Source of the DNA: Rhynchobatus australiae
Lineage: Eukaryota
Reading direction: 5' to 3'
NCBI GenBank assembly: GCA_034780895.1
Contig: JAUZTB010000069.1
Coordinates: 20,291,035-20,355,034, forward strand
DNA: 64,000 nt
Under the pieces are notes generated by a model. That model was not told where the DNA came from, made no database searches, and saw only the letters and a list, made by a program, of their open reading frames with translations. Below are positions 1-13,488 of the stretch, one piece after another. Each line of letters starts with the position of its first letter. The stretch's first letter is position 1. Both the position numbers and the translations under genes were made by a program.

Positions 1-119
1 GATAGAGAAATGGAGGGCTATGTGGGAGGGAAGGGTTAGATAGATCTTAGAGCAGGATAAAATGTTGGCACAACATCATGGGCTGAAGGGCCTGTACTGT
101 GCTGTAATGTTCTATGTTC
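1..119 (+). mobile_element. CR1-type LINE 3' terminus
   Basis: GAGGGCTATG...GGGCTGAAGGGCCTGTACTGTGCTGTAATGTTCTATGTTC; same 3' UTR and short-repeat tail layout as the CR1 copy at 38331-38460 (-). Confidence 0.8.
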
Positions 120-120
120 C

Positions 121-392
121 ATATGGCAGGTGGGGAATACTGAAAACCTAGGAGGCCCAACAGGAGTATGGAAAATGCATGATGGATGGTACTTATATAG
201 AAATTAAGAGGGCAAAGAGGAGGCACAAAATGTTCTAGGCAGACAAAATTAAGAAAACCCCAAAGCAATTAAGAGTCAAGAAGGTAACCAGAGAAATAGT
301 TGGGCCCATTAGGGACCAAATTGGCCATCTGTGAATGGTGCCAGAGGATGTAGGTGAGGTTTTAAATGAATAATTCTCATCTGTATTCATAA
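121..392 (+). mobile_element. Decayed CR1 ORF2 fragment (between endonuclease and RT)
   Basis: Reads with frameshifts as KIKKTPKA..KSQEVTREIVGPIRDQ.GHL..VPEDVGEVLNE.FSSVF, matching recalled CR1 ORF2. Confidence 0.7.
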
Positions 393-1165
393 TGAGCACA
401 TTGTTGTAGAATTCAAGTTACCTCACTTTTCAGTGGTCACTATCATGTGAAACAATTCACTGGAGTTCCCTTCATTGACAACAGCCTCTTTCTGCTGATT
501 GCTTGTGAGTTGCCTGCTGTGATCAATGGCTCCTTATTCAGCACCAACCTCACAATGTCACTGGGTGCCTTGTGATATGGGAGCTGATGCTCCTCACCTC
601 AATCTTTCTTGTGGTGGTAACATTGCTCCCTGAGTCATTGCAGATTTCCATGAAAGAAACATACTGGATTTATTAATCCCTATCTTACATTTGGGCTCAG
701 CAAAAATGGTAAATGAAAACGTCTACATTTACCCTACTTAACACTTCCACAATCTTAAAACAGCTCAATCAGCTCACTGGTTATCCTTGAAATTAAACCC
801 TCTAATTTTGGTAAATCATCCTTGAAAGCCTATATTCCAATGCCTTTCACTCCCTTGGAAAATGAAAATTGAATCAGTACTCTAAACACTGTCTGAGCCG
901 ACGTCTGTATAAATTGTATATAACTTCACTGCTGTCAAGCTGTGTTCCTCCACAAAAAATATTGTGAGTAGTTTTTTTTATGTTTAATTTCTTTGTTACC
1001 CTTTTAATGACTTGCAAACCTGTGGCCTTGTTCCCTTGATGCATCTGCTCTCAGGAGTAGGTGTTCTTGTTCCTCTTACTAAAGTGTACTCCATCATACA
1101 TTACCCGATTTTTAACCCCTCTATTCTGCAGGAGTTTCTTCTGTTTACAATTAATTTGTGATGAG

Positions 1166-1670
1166 CCCTGGAGCAGGAGGTTGAGGGGTGATCTGATGGA
1201 GGTATATAAGATCATGAGGGGCACAGACAGTGTGAAAGCACATTGTCTTTTTCCCAGGGAGGGGGTACTAAAAAGGAGAGATTTTAGATCAGAGGTGAGA
1301 GATTTAAAAGGGACACCACGGACGGCTTCTTCACGCAAAGGATGGTGTGTATTTGNNNNNNNNNNNNNNNNNNNNNNNNNNNNNNNNNNNNNNNNNNNNN
1401 NNNNNNNNNNNNNNNNNNNNNNNNNNNNNNNNNNNNNNNNNNNNNNNNNNNNNNNACACCACGGACAGCTTCTTCACGCAAAGGATGGTGTGTATTTGGA
1501 ATGAAATAGTGGTTGAGGCAGCCACATTAGCAATATCTAAAAGCCATCTGGATAAGCGCACAGAGAGGAGAGGTTTAGAGGGCTATGGGCCAAATGCGGG
1601 CAGGTGGGACCAGCTCACTGGACAACAGAGTCATCGTGGACAAGTTGGGTTTTTAGACTCTATGACTCTA
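1166..1670 (+). mobile_element. CR1 LINE 3' fragment spanning a 100-N gap
   Basis: ORF track RRLRGDLMEVYKIMRG..LFPR and FFTQRMVCIWNE..GLEGYGPNAGRWD; ends in a GACTCTAT tail. Confidence 0.9.
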
Positions 1671-3206
1671 ATGATGCCATGAGTGTAGAAGAGAAGCAAA
1701 TTGCAGGGATAGAATGAAACTTAGACCTGGAGATTCTCTGAGGTGGGGTTTGGTCGAGGAAAGGACTTTCAACTCATTTTCAAGGCAAAACATATGCTTT
1801 GTACACAGTATCAAGGCTCTCAGGTATGACAGAACAATGCTGTGGGGTGCGAGATCCTCTACATAAAATATTCATTGGCATGGCCCACCTGGTTTGATGC
1901 TCACGCAATTTCTGGACTGTTATGTTTCACTCAGTTATTTCTCTTGAGTTTATTCCACACAGCAGTTACTTCCCTTTGATTTGAGCATACTAGTGACCAT
2001 CTTTTCTGAAGGTGAACTCAAGCACCAAGTCATATAAATCTGAGATTATGCCCCATATTACACTTCTGAACATGTGCCACACACAACATAACCTTACAAT
2101 NNNNNNNNNNNNNNNNNNNNTGGGGGCTTGTGATATATCTTCAACAGGATCAGACAACTGAAATACAATAGGTTCCTCATTTTTACTCATTCAATGACAA
2201 TGCTAAAAAAAAATTAAATGCACAAGGTAAGTTCACAAGAAAAGTTCAATATTACTTATAATTTGATATCACTCCCATACATTTGGTCTGGTAATCCAAT
2301 CTCACAGCCAAGCTGGTAAACCAAGATTGTGCAAACCTTGCACTTTATTCTTGTGATGTCACCTGACTTGCTTTATTAAATTACTGACTTTTAGATCAAT
2401 AGACAGGTATCCAGTATCATTTCCTTTATGGACTTCAAGCTATGGGTCTCTGTTGGCTATTTTTGTGTTACAATATTTTCTCCTTTAAGGTAATGTGAAT
2501 ATCTTGTGAATATCTCTTGAGCCCCTAGTTTTAATTCTTACCTTCTATCTTTAAACAGTGCAGCTGAAATAGGCAGCAGATCATCGCAAAAATCTGAAAC
2601 TGGCAACATTTGGTCAACTGCACAGAAAACTGTGCTCTTTTGCCAGTACTGAGCCAAATAAAATCCTTTCAATGTATTGTGAGTCGCCAGGATTGACATC
2701 TGGGTTTTAATACAAAGCAAAGTGCTGAAGCAAATAAGGCCCACATGATCATATCCTTGAGGTACATATATCTTCCTGATATCTGTCATTAAGTTCTAAC
2801 TAAACACTGGAAATGGATGTAATGCTATCAATGAATACGTTTCTTTCAGATTGATATGAGAAATCATTTCACTGGGCAGTCAGACTGGAAGCATTTAGGA
2901 ACAGAACATGAGTGATGAATTAATTGCTGACACCGGGAGACGGGAACGGGAATGCTGCCTGCAGTGACCCAAATTNNNNNNNNNNNNNNNNNNNNNNNNN
3001 NNNNNNNNNNNNNNNNNNNNNNNNNNNNNNNNNNNNNNNNNNNNNNNNNNNNNNNNNNNNNNNNNNNNNNNNNNNNNNNNNNNNNNNNNNNNNNNNNNNN
3101 NNNNNNNNNNNNNNNNNNNNNNNNNNNNNNNNNNNNNNNNNNNNNNNNNNNNNNNNNNNNNNNNNNNNNNNNNNNNNNNNNNNNNNNNNNNNNNNNNNNN
3201 NNNNNN

Positions 3207-4060
3207 GTAAGGACCCACAGAGATGGGTCATTCTATCGTGACAGGAGAAAGAATCCCTTCAAGAGCTCATGGCTGAAGATGCCTGCAGAAGTCAAGAGCA
3301 GGAGGTGGTAGATCTGTTGTTGCACATTGTTTACTGCTAACAAGTTTCATCCTCATTCAGATGATCTCATTACTTTGATCCCATGATCTGCATCTTAACT
3401 CTAGCGCCGCACAACTCAGCTCGCAGATTTAGTTATCGTTCTCTGCCCATGTAATTTCTTAGAGATCTCGAGTCAAAGGTCACAGAGAGATACAGCACAG
3501 AAACAGGCCCTTCAGCCCACTGAGTCCATGCTGACCATCAACTACCTATTTACACTTTCCAACATTAATCCCTTTTTTATTTTCCCTATATTTCCATCAA
3601 CTCCTTCCAGATTCTAACACCCACACACTAGGGGAAATTCCAGTGGCCAATTAATTTACTAATCTGCAGACTTCTGTGACATGGGAGGAAACCAGAGCAC
3701 CCAGAAGAAAATCCACCCGGTCACAGGGAGAACATGCAAACTCCATATCAAGAGCCCTGGAGGTCAGGATTGAACCCAGGTTTCTGTAGCCTCTACTAGC
3801 TGCACCACAGTGCTAGCTTGTAAGTCGAGGCATCACTAACATTCATCCTCATCTTGGAACGATGTCATGCCTCTCTCTCATGGTTACCAATGACAAACAT
3901 TTCCCAGCTGCTCCTTCCAATTACTCTCACTTGTGGATGTCATCTCTCCCGCCTCACAAGAAAGGAAAGCACAATATACAGAGAACAGCAAGGAACAAAA
4001 GGAGGCACTGGAGGTGAGCAGCATGATAGAAAACATCGCCATTAGAGGCAGGGAGATGGG
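3207..4060 (+). mobile_element. Putative Harbinger Myb/SANT-like accessory ORF fossil, interrupted by a SINE
   Basis: VRTHRDGSFYRDRRKNPFKSSWLKMPAEVKSR (3207-3305) resembles the trihelix Myb/SANT W-x-x-V/I-A-x-x-V motif; 3960-4020 gives a frameshifted NSKEQK..TGG motif typical of this ORF's end. Confidence 0.45.
3478..3814 (-). mobile_element. tRNA-derived V-domain SINE (HE1-like) with CR1-type tail
   Basis: Minus strand: B-box GGTTCAATCC, V-domain GGGTGCTCTGGTTTCCTCCCA, and 3' end GGGCTGAAGGGCCTGTTTCTGTGCTGTATCTCTC shared with the CR1 tails in this window. Confidence 0.85.
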
Positions 4061-5377
4061 GACCTCACAGCTAACCAATGCCAGCATTTGATCTCACCCA
4101 GCTACATTATATGTGATCAACACTGAAACCAGCAGACAGTTAAAAATGATCAAGTGCACCTTGTTAATCTTAAACTTCCTTTCCTTAGCAGTTGTAATTC
4201 ATGTGTTTGACTTTGCACAAGCCCTTCATCTACCTGCAGACCAGCAACCTGTTGACAATCGCTCTGAGGGTGCATTGTCACAGAACTCACACCTTCTGTG
4301 AACCAGCACAAAATGTCACGGTTGAGCTTTCGTCTGATGACTTACACATCATCAGTTGGCAAGAGGCGGTAACTTAGATGAGGACAACAATGGAAAATCT
4401 GTATGAGCCTGTAGGATTGTCCAAGCTCTGTCCAGCTGGATCCAGATGGAGGGCCATGAACAGACAGGATATTTCTGGAGGAACTCCAAAGAATGTCTGA
4501 AGTGCTGGCTGGTGCCCAGCCAGACTGTATATGTATGCAAAGAGATGAAAGGCATATATATCTGAGCAGTGCCAAGGCTTTGTAGGCCTAACTGATGATG
4601 CCTCATTATTGCACATTAACCAAACCACCCAATCAAATGAACACATGCAGGTTGTTACATAGAACTTGTGCAGAACAAATGTTTTCTATGATAGGATAAA
4701 TGATACCTTATTCCTGGCCATCTAAGGCACCAAAATTCTAAAGCAAAGTGCTCAGTAGCTCAATGCTGGCAGGGAAGTCTGAGAGGACCATAAGAAGGAT
4801 GTCAAGGAGAAAGTGCACAAAAAGAGGCCAGTTCCCCTTCTTGTCCATGCACTATCTCACTCCAGTCCTGCAGACCTGGATTGCAACTGCACAGGTTCAG
4901 TTGGAGCTATGCTGGGGTAGTGTGCGTGAGGGAATGTGGTGGGGGACCTCCTGGCTCAACTGCATATTGCTTGACAGCCAAGCATGAGAGTGTGAGCAGT
5001 ATTCCTCTACCTCTGCCGACTTCTGAAATGAAAGCTCACAAGTGTTATTGGAAGAGGAAAGATTTGGAACTGTCAAAGAATGCGCACGTGGATGCTTTTT
5101 GCTATGGTTCCCGATCTTCCTGATTGAAATTTCCACTTGTTCATTTCAGTAAACTCTCCCAAACCCCACTCACCCTCCACCCAAAATTTACAGATAACTT
5201 CTGGGACTGCTGCTTTTAAGGTGTTGGGTCTGTCAAGGGGATGGCTGGGAACCTCAAGGAACACTATAGATGAGGCATGATTGAATACATTTTTATTTTT
5301 AGTTTTTCTTTGAGAACTTTCTAACTAAATTACTTTAACATTATTAAAGGCTTACAAACCCCCTGTATTCTCTATCC

Positions 5378-5483
5378 ACCACCCCCACCCCCGTCATCAC
5401 TGCCTCCAAAGGGGGGGTGGGGGTGGAGGTGCGTGGGATGTAATCCAGGGGATCGGTCACAAATCCCAGGTTAGGAACCACTG
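5378..5483. mobile_element. Possible hAT (Charlie-like) MITE remnant: C/G inverted repeat plus one terminal repeat
   Basis: CACCCCCACCCCC / GGGGGTGGGGGTG inverted pair; AGGTTAGGAACCACTG at 5468-5483 is the reverse complement of a CAGTGGTTCCyAACCT-type end. No second terminal repeat found. Confidence 0.35.
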
Positions 5484-5779
5484 CTTACATAGTGTTAAAT
5501 TTACAAATTTATGTTAAGTTCTAAACCAGGAGGTGTAAATTATGATAATCAGTTTAATGGCAAGTATGATAAGAAATCAAAATAAAGAGAAGGAAAATAA
5601 GTTGAGTTGAAGAGAGGGACTTAAAAGAGACAGGTTGATTTTGACCATGAGGGACCGATATTTTAACATCTAAGCTGTAGAATAGGTAACTCAGGGGCTT
5701 GTATTCACATACAGGTAGGAACCATTCAGTGGGTTTGCATCCGTGTATTTGCACCATGGCACAGAAGGAACAGTATTGA

Positions 5780-6480
5780 GTAGAAAGATTGTGGATTGAG
5801 GATGAGATCAGTGGAAGGGGCTGAGTGTAATAGATTGGAAGGGAGTGGATCAAGAATGGGGGGATTGGGGTAGGATGGTGGGGGGACGATTGCAAGATGG
5901 AAGATGATCAGGGAGACCAGAGGGGTAACGAGATGATAACATTGATCAGGTGACCACAGAATGATGTTTTGGAGAGAAGACTGCAGTAAGAGGGCGAGGG
6001 ACAAGGTTAGAGTTGGGGAGATGATCACGGTGTGAGAAGATCACTTCATGGATAGAGGATCAAAGTGAGTGTAGGTGACCTGGTGTGGGGAGAAAATCAA
6101 GTTTGCTGAGAAGATGAGTGTAAGGAAAAGAACAAGATTGGGAGGTAGATTGAGATGAGGCAGAAGATGAAAGTTGCAGAAGATATCAAGGTGGGAGGAA
6201 AAGATCATGGTGTGGGCAGAAGATGAAGTTTGAGGAGGAGGTCACAGTGTGGAGGGAATTGTGAGGAAATTGGTGGAGCTCAGCAGAAGTTTTGTTGGCC
6301 AGATAGAGACTGGAGAGAGAAGCAGAGTGGGAAAATGGGAAGATGATTGGATTCTTCTGGGATGGAGATTGTTCTAGTGGAGGGATATGATCAAGGAGCA
6401 TGGAGGAAATCAGAGGCAGCCCAAAGAAAACCTTTTGGAGGCATTAGGAGATGAGGAAATCATGAGATTAGAGAGATTAT
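5780..6480 (+). repeat. Purine-rich (G/A) low-complexity tract
   Basis: About 700 bp strongly skewed to G/A with recurring GGAGAT/GAAGATGA/GATCA words. Confidence 0.8.
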
Positions 6481-6782
6481 TTTGGCTTTGAGTAAAGAGG
6501 ATGAAATCTAAGGCAAAATCAAAGGGTCATACATGCCAACAGAGGGGAAATGCACCCCAACATTTTCCCTGCGAGTTTGGTCGTTACTTATCGTATGAGT
6601 TCCCGAACTCACACTATTCAATTAAGTTGAATCCCAAGTCTCTTGCTGAAGTTTAGCTGTGGAAACACTTGAGGAGGAGCAGGCTCACACAAACAGAATT
6701 TTCCTTAATTCCACAATTAACTGTGCATCTGTGGTCACCCAAAAATGGAAAATCCTGTCCAATAGCAAACCACGGGGTTTGG

Positions 6783-7058
6783 AACAAAAGTTGCAGATAC
6801 TGGAAAACTGAAACAAAATGAAAGTTCAAGATGTTCTCAGCAGGTCAGGCAGCATCAATGGAGAGAGAAATAGAATCAACCTTTCAGGTCAAGACCCCTC
6901 ATCCTAATTGTTAAAGAGGATAATAACTTGATAATGAAAATAAAAGAGCTAGAAATCTGAAATAAAAATAGAAAATGCTGGAAACACTCAGCAGGTCAGG
7001 CAGTGTCTATAGAAAGAGAAACAGAATTTATATTTCGGGTTGAAGACCCTTCACCAGA
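6783..7058 (-). mobile_element. Two tandem Penelope-type terminal repeat (pLTR) fragments with degenerate hammerhead cores
   Basis: CTCAGCAGGTCAGGCAG...GAGAAA occurs twice; minus strand gives GATGAGGGGTCTTGACCTGAAAG and CTGGTGAAGGGTCTTCAACCCGAAA. Confidence 0.75.
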
Positions 7059-7074
7059 TGAACATTCCACAGAG

Positions 7075-7380
7075 ATCTGATCTGCAGTTCATAGCTTTTA
7101 CATCTCCCTTTGTTTGTGTTCTCTCTCTCCTCATTAACTGATCAACCAGTTGGCTTATCATCACAGTAACCATGGACTCACCCTGTCAAAAATATTCCCT
7201 TTGTTTCTATCCATCTCTCCCCTATCCTCGCTGCAACTTGAAACAAACTCACTGCAACAAAAGGTTTCTCTCTTCTGCAGTTCTGATGAGGGTTCTTTGC
7301 CCTGCGACAATAACTCTGTTGCTCTTTCCTTAGATGTTGTCTGACCTGCTGAGTGCTTCCAACATTTTCTGTTTTTGCTT
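7075..7380 (+). mobile_element. Non-coding spacer plus pLTR unit (family 2), inverted relative to the copies at 6783-7058
   Basis: CAGTTCTGATGAGGG at 7278-7292, followed by AACTCTGTT..AGATGTTGTCTGACCTGCTGAG; spacer aligns by eye with 28640-28800 (-). Confidence 0.7.
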
Positions 7381-7924
7381 AGCAAGACACATTTTCTAAT
7401 TGATTGTTGTTTAAGCATGAGAATTTGGAGCTATCTTTTGTCATTAGAAGAGCTGCATCAAAGATTACAATTAAATTAATCATCAGCTTCAGTCTCAAGA
7501 AATGAGTCAGTCAGAAAGGAGACCATTAGTTGGCAGAGAGGTACTGAATTCATCAAGATATAAAGTTGTTTTCACATGGAATTATCTTTATACATATACA
7601 TTTCAGTGCTGGCTTATTAGGGAGCTAATTATTAGCAGTATAAAAAGACCATATGATGTCTGAGATTTGGTTTGGAAACAGGAAAAGCAAATGTTAGACT
7701 GAATAATGAAAACATGCAATCATAACAGACGTGCAATAAATGGAATTAGAATAAGAACTACAACTTCCACACAATTTCCTTGTGACTGAAATTTTGCAAG
7801 GACCAGGGAATATTTGTTTGGGAGTGCATTTAGTATCTATCAGAACAATTCTAAACATCAAGACAAAATCATTAATTTTCTGACATATTATTGTGGAAGG
7901 CGCACACCTTCAACTAATTTTAAT

Positions 7925-8053
7925 TGAAAAGCAAATAAAGCTGCAGATATTGGGAACATGAAACAAAAAGAGAAAATGCTGAAAACACTCGAGTCAGGCA
8001 GCATCTTTGGAAAGAGAAACAGAGTTGACGTTTCAGGTCAATGATACTTCATA
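7925..8053 (-). mobile_element. Penelope-type pLTR fragment
   Basis: Minus strand TGACCTGAAACGTCAACTCTGTTTCTCTTTCCAAAGATGCTGCCTGAC; retains GAAACGTC. Confidence 0.75.
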
Positions 8054-8664
8054 TTTTGCTTTTATTTTCATTACTTTAATTAAAGAAGAATGGAATCCGG
8101 GTTCAGGGTGTAACAATTTGAGAAATATTGTAACCTTGCATTGAAAATGAATGATGAAAAGTAAATTAATGAAAGGGGAGGAATTGTTTGCTGTATGTCA
8201 ATGGAACATGAGAAACAATTGATCTATTCAGCCTTTGCAGATTGCTCTACCATTCAGTTGGGAACTGATGTTGTGGGCAAGGATTACACTAGCTCTGATC
8301 ATAGTGAATGTTGGAGCTGGCTTGAGGAGTCACGTGGTCCATTCTTGCTTCTATCTCTTTTGTTCTTATTCATGGGGTGGGTGGAGGGGTTTATGGGAAT
8401 GTGCACACGTATAGGATCAAAAACAGCATTATAGTCACTGACACTCATCCACAATCACCTTACCAGAAGACAGGTCTGGACCTGCAAGCAATGTAATTTA
8501 AACAAAATTAATAAGATTGGAGTAATAAGAGTTGTTTGTGCTTTTATTTTAAAGTTGGATGGAGACTAATGAGACAAAGATATTCCAGACATGGAATCAT
8601 AGGAACACAGAATCACGGATCTGGTACAGGACAGGAGGAGGCCATTCACAAAGTGCCAAAAAAT

Positions 8665-9297
8665 GATAATCTCCAATAAATGGAATTCTTTCTACATCTG
8701 ATTTGAACCTCAACTGGACTAGTCACGTAAATAGTGTGGCTGCAAAATGAGGTCGGGGCAGGGTATCCTGCAGCAAACAACTCACTTCCTGACACCTCAA
8801 AGCCTTTCTTTCATGTATGAGGCACAAGTCAAGAGCATGCTGGAATATTGTCCACTTGTCTGGCTTAGTCCATCTCCAACATCACTCAAGACTAGCTTAA
8901 TTGGCCTTCATCCACCACACTAAACGTTCATTTCCCCCACCATCATAGCACCTGGCTGCAACCTGAGCCATCTCCCAAACACATCACAATACACCAACAA
9001 TGACTCCCTAACCCACAGCCTCCACCACCAAGAAGGACAAAGGCGCAAAATGCTTTACAACATCACCTCCTATGCGTTCGTTACCAGGTCATACATTTTT
9101 ATGGCATAGAATTATATCTCAGAATCTTCACAGTCACTGGGTCTAAATCCTGGAAATCCTTATCCAATAGTACTGTGGAAGGACCTTTGTAAGAAGGACT
9201 TCCACAGTTCAAGATGGCTGCTCACCACTAGCTTCTCGAGGTCAATAAGGGATGGCAATAAACATGCCTGTGATACCATTTGCCAAAAAATGAATTT
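8665..9297 (+). mobile_element. 3' part of a second LINE family (CR1/L2 group, here called LINE-B)
   Basis: Shares GGCACAAGTCAAGAG..GGAATA and the tail CAGTTCAAGATGGCTGCTCACCAC..GGGATGGCAATAAA with 10366-10945 and 26540-26802. Confidence 0.7.
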
Positions 9298-10282
9298 AAG
9301 AAAACTATCTGCTTGAATAACAGTTGTCTGCAGTTTTAAAGTTATTTCTTTGTTGGAGAGATCATGGTTTAAGCAGAGTTAACATTCCATGACTTAAGTT
9401 TTAATCTTGTGCTGTATGTTTATTTTAACTTCTGAAACAGGCATGAACAGCTTGTACTGTGGAAGAGTGAGATCTGAGAATTTTTTAGGCCGGAGATGGG
9501 GTTACTTTGAAATAAGGGGCCTCACAATTGATGCACAAAGGAGAACAATTTGCCAAAAATTGAAGAAGCATATGGTGCAACAAATGGCCAGTGGTGAGCA
9601 TAAATTTGGACAGATGTGAGTTAGAGGAGGAGGATGCTTCATCTTAGTGAGACTGTTTGCTCCTAATGGCCAATCAGCACATTTGGACCCTTGCAGCACC
9701 CCTTCCCTTGGGGAAAACCCCCTGAGGCACTTTGGCTATTACTCCATGAATCTTACACTGTATCCAACACTCCATTAATCCCAAATTGCACTGCGCCAAT
9801 CCTGACTGGTTCCCACTGCAAGCCGTGGGTGCATCTTTCACTGCTCCTCCACTACTTTAACTAACCACGCCACCAAATGTAAAGAGGCAATACTTGCTGC
9901 TGACTGCTACCATTCCCACTTTGGAAACCTTCTAGTTCACTTGGCAGTGGTGACCCGGAATTTCAGTAAAGCTTGCCACGGGACTACTAATTACAGAAGA
10001 TACACTTGAGGCAATCTACCTCAGAGTTCCAACAGCTCTGCTTGCATCATATCAATGAGAAACGGCTGTAATTTATGTTACAAAGTGTGCTTTTAAAGAT
10101 GCCACAACAAGACTGTGAAAAAAAATGACATTTTCTCAGGCAATACAGTTAACTTTCAATTAACCCTTGTTTTCACTATAAAATAAAGCTTTTGATAATG
10201 ATTCTTTTTAAACTGCTTAAACCTTGATATTTGATAGTTATTATGTAATTTTAGATGGTAGCTTGAGTTCTATATTTATGAT

Positions 10283-10365
10283 TAAGCATTCAGCAGGTCA
10301 GGCAGCAACTGAGGAAAGAGAAAAGGGTTATTGTCTCAGGGCAAAGACCCCTCATCAGAACTGGG
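10283..10365 (-). mobile_element. Penelope-type pLTR fragment with CTGATGA core
   Basis: Minus strand CCCAGTTCTGATGAGGGGTCTTTGCCCTGAGACAATAAC...TGCTGCCTGACCTGCTGAATG. Confidence 0.75.
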
Positions 10366-10945
10366 AACATCCACATGGTATTCAATGGCATTAGCCTCAC
10401 TGAGTTCCCCACTCGCTGGCCAGAAACACAGCTTGGCCAACCACATAGATACTATGGCTATAAGAGCAGACTGGAGATTGTGGTGACTGACTCAGCCAAT
10501 TTCCTATCCATCACCTACAAGACACAAGTCAAGACTGTGATAAAATGTGCTCCATTTGTCAGAATGTGTGCTGATCCAGCAAAGCTCAACAAGATCAACC
10601 TCATCCAGGACAAAGAAGCCCAAATGGCTGGCACCCAAGAAGCCACCAAATTCTTTCTCTCCACCACAGGCACACTATGGCTGTAGTGTGCACCATCTAC
10701 AAAATACTCCCAAACCTACACCAAAAATTAACACCACATCTGTGTACCATTATCCTGACTTGGACATAAATTGCCATTCCTTCGTTGTTGCTAGGTCAAA
10801 GCCTTAAAATTCCCAACCTAAACACCATTGTGGGAGTACCTGGTATACACAGCTTACAGCTCATCACCACTTTTGAAGAGTATCTAAAGAATAGTAAAAA
10901 CAAAAGATGGCCTTAGCAGTAATGTCCACAACACATTATAAAATA
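10366..10945 (+). mobile_element. LINE-B 3' fragment
   Basis: ORF FNGISLTEFPT..LSITYKTQVKTVIKCAPFVRM..LNKINLIQDK resembles the post-RT region of CR1/L2-group ORF2 (xYKAQVRSxMEYSP); homologous to 8665-9297. Confidence 0.7.
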
Positions 10946-13104
10946 AAGCCTGAAAATATCAACAGTTTGATACATGGTCTTGCTGTGAATTAGATATTTC
11001 AGATATCTAATCAGATATCTTTTCAGAATACCATTGGGACCTATTTTCCTTACGATGATATTTTTGGTGAAGTATAAGAAGTGAGTAAAACATCGCCTCA
11101 GTGTTAATGAAGTACTCATTCAGGTATTATTTTGCATTTTATCCCTTGAAAAATGGATTAACTATTATTTGCAGGAATTGAGAAACATGTTATTTTTCTC
11201 TGCTTGCTAACTTAGCAACTATAAAGTTAAACTGGAATATATTTTACTCCTGATCAGCAGAGACTAAAGCTGATAGCTAAGCAACCTTTGTGNNNNNNNN
11301 NNNNNNNNNNNNNNNNNNNNNNNNNNNNNNNNNNNNNNNNNNNNNNNNNNNNNNNNNNNNNNNNNNNNNNNNNNNNNNNNNNNNNNNNNNNNNNNNNNNN
11401 NNNNNNNNNNNNNNNNNNNNNNNNNNNNNNNNNNNNNNNNNNNNNNNNNNNNNNNNNNNNNNNNNNNNNNNNNNNNNNNNNNNNNNNNNNNNNNNNNNNN
11501 NNNNNNNNNNNNNNNNNNNNNNNNNNNNNNNNNNNNNNNNNNNNNNNNNNNNNNNNNNNNNNNNNNNNNNNNNNNNNNNNNNNNNNNNNNNNNNNNNNNN
11601 NNNNNNNNNNNNNNNNNNNNNNNNNNNNNNNNNGTGGAAATCCACAGTGGGATGGTCCAACATAAAAAAAAAGCAGCGGCCTAAATTAAATGCAAAACCC
11701 TTGAGGTTCTCAATGAAATCTGGCAATCATCTTAAAATATATACATTTTCATTAATAAAAGGGTAATCTTGATTATATGGAACCTGCAGTTGTTTAACAA
11801 TTACAGCTGAGGGGAAGATTGGAATACCACTTGTTGCGTGGAGAGAACAACAAAGCATCTGACAGCACAGAAGAGGTCATTTGACACATTGTGCCTGTGC
11901 CAGGTCTTTGAAAGTACTTTCAATTAGTCTGACTCCTATACTGCTGCCCCTCGTCCTGCAAATTTTTCCTTGAACGTATGATTGAAGGGACAAGCGTGAA
12001 GGGTTTTCCAAGGAGACACTGAGGAAAGAGATCACTGTGAGTTTAACAGAACTGTGAGCCTGAACTCGGTGGGATGATCTTTAGAAGAATAATACTGAAG
12101 GTGTATGATATGGTCTCGAGCCTGCACTCCCGGAATAGGCAATGCAATGACAATCTTAGTGTGTCCAAGGCATGCTTTGTGACAAACACTGTCCCTTTCC
12201 CACCTCTTCTCCTGTTCTGGTTCAGATTAAAAAGATAGAGCTACTCCAAATTCTAATTCCATTATTTTTAACTCTGTTGTTACTGGCTAATTCCACTTAA
12301 CTGCTGCCATGGATGAGTGACAGAATCAATCATGTTACCTATTATCCATTGCCATCCTCCACTCATCTACAGAGAAACATGGTGTGAAGTTGGCCCATAT
12401 CTCCAACCCCATCCTCACATTGGAATGATTGCCTTCACAGAAAAGGAAAGAGGAGAATAGCAGTACAATATGACTGGCTGCTTAAACATACTTGAACTTG
12501 TTCAGTGTTTTTAAATAATGTGAATAAAACAGTGTTCTCATATTCTTACTCTTGTCCAGTAAGTAGAAGCAGCAAGTAATAGCATTTCATGTGTGACGAC
12601 AAGATTTACTAAATTGAGACTATTGTCCATCACTGTCACATGAAGAAACAGAGACTTTGAAAATAAACAATCGTTGAATTTTACAATAATCTTTAATATT
12701 TTTAAAATAAATTTTGACTGCAGTGACTTGTTACCTTATTTTAAACAGATGCCATTGTTTTGGCATACAAATTCAGAATCGTACATGTCACCTTTTATTG
12801 TGGCACTTGTTATTTTGTGCAAAAAGATCATGGATGTTTCTTTTTATTAATACAGTCAATTGTTGCTTCTGGAATGGAAAATATTCACTATTAGTGGACT
12901 GAAGTGCAAGATCTCAAGTTGTACAACCAGCTATAATGTATAATTGCAAACATAAAATGGTTAGTCCACAGTGTTTGTGTTATACTTTTATTTTTATCTT
13001 GTTTTCTTTGAAAATGGTGGATGTTTACAAGAATATGGGTGTAGAGATGTCACTAACCATACTTAAAAAGTTTTCATCTGTATCCATGTTAATTTTGTTT
13101 TAGA

Positions 13105-13488
13105 TATTCATTTTTTGGGACCTGGGTATCACTGGCAAGACCAGCATTTATTGAACATCTCTTATTGTCCTTGAACTGAATTGCTTATTGGGCCATTTCA
13201 GAGAGCTAAGAGCAATTAAGAATCAACCACATTGGTGGTCTAGAGTCGCATGCAGGCAAACTGGGAGACATGGCAAATTTCCTTTCCTGAAGGGCAGTAG
13301 TGAACCAAATGGGTTTTTGTGACAATCTAGTCNNNNNNNATTATTTTTCTTCCAAATAAAAGTTCCAGATTAATTGAATTTAAATTCCTCGACTGTCATG
13401 GAGGGATTTGACCTCAACTCTTTGAATTGCTAATCCAGGTAACTGGGATGGGTCACCAGAGCAGTATGTTAAACACTGGGCCACCATT
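13105..13488 (-). mobile_element. tRNA-headed SINE with Meta/SlmI-like central domain and LINE-B tail
   Basis: Minus strand: B-box-like GGTCAAATCC; AAAACCCATTTGGTTCACTACTGCCCTTCAGGAAAGGAAATTTGCC; tail CAATAAATGCTGGTCTTGCCAGTGATACCC. Domain name is from memory. Confidence 0.7.

Noticed and set aside
1314-1498. Apparent 42-bp tandem duplication in a CR1 copy
   Set aside because: The copies sit on either side of a 100-N gap; unmerged contig overlap. Same pattern at 18056-18181 and 44499-44624.
2538-2789. Minus-strand ORF ending at a good AG/GTAAGA donor
   Set aside because: No recognisable protein and no clear matching acceptor; cannot support an exon call.
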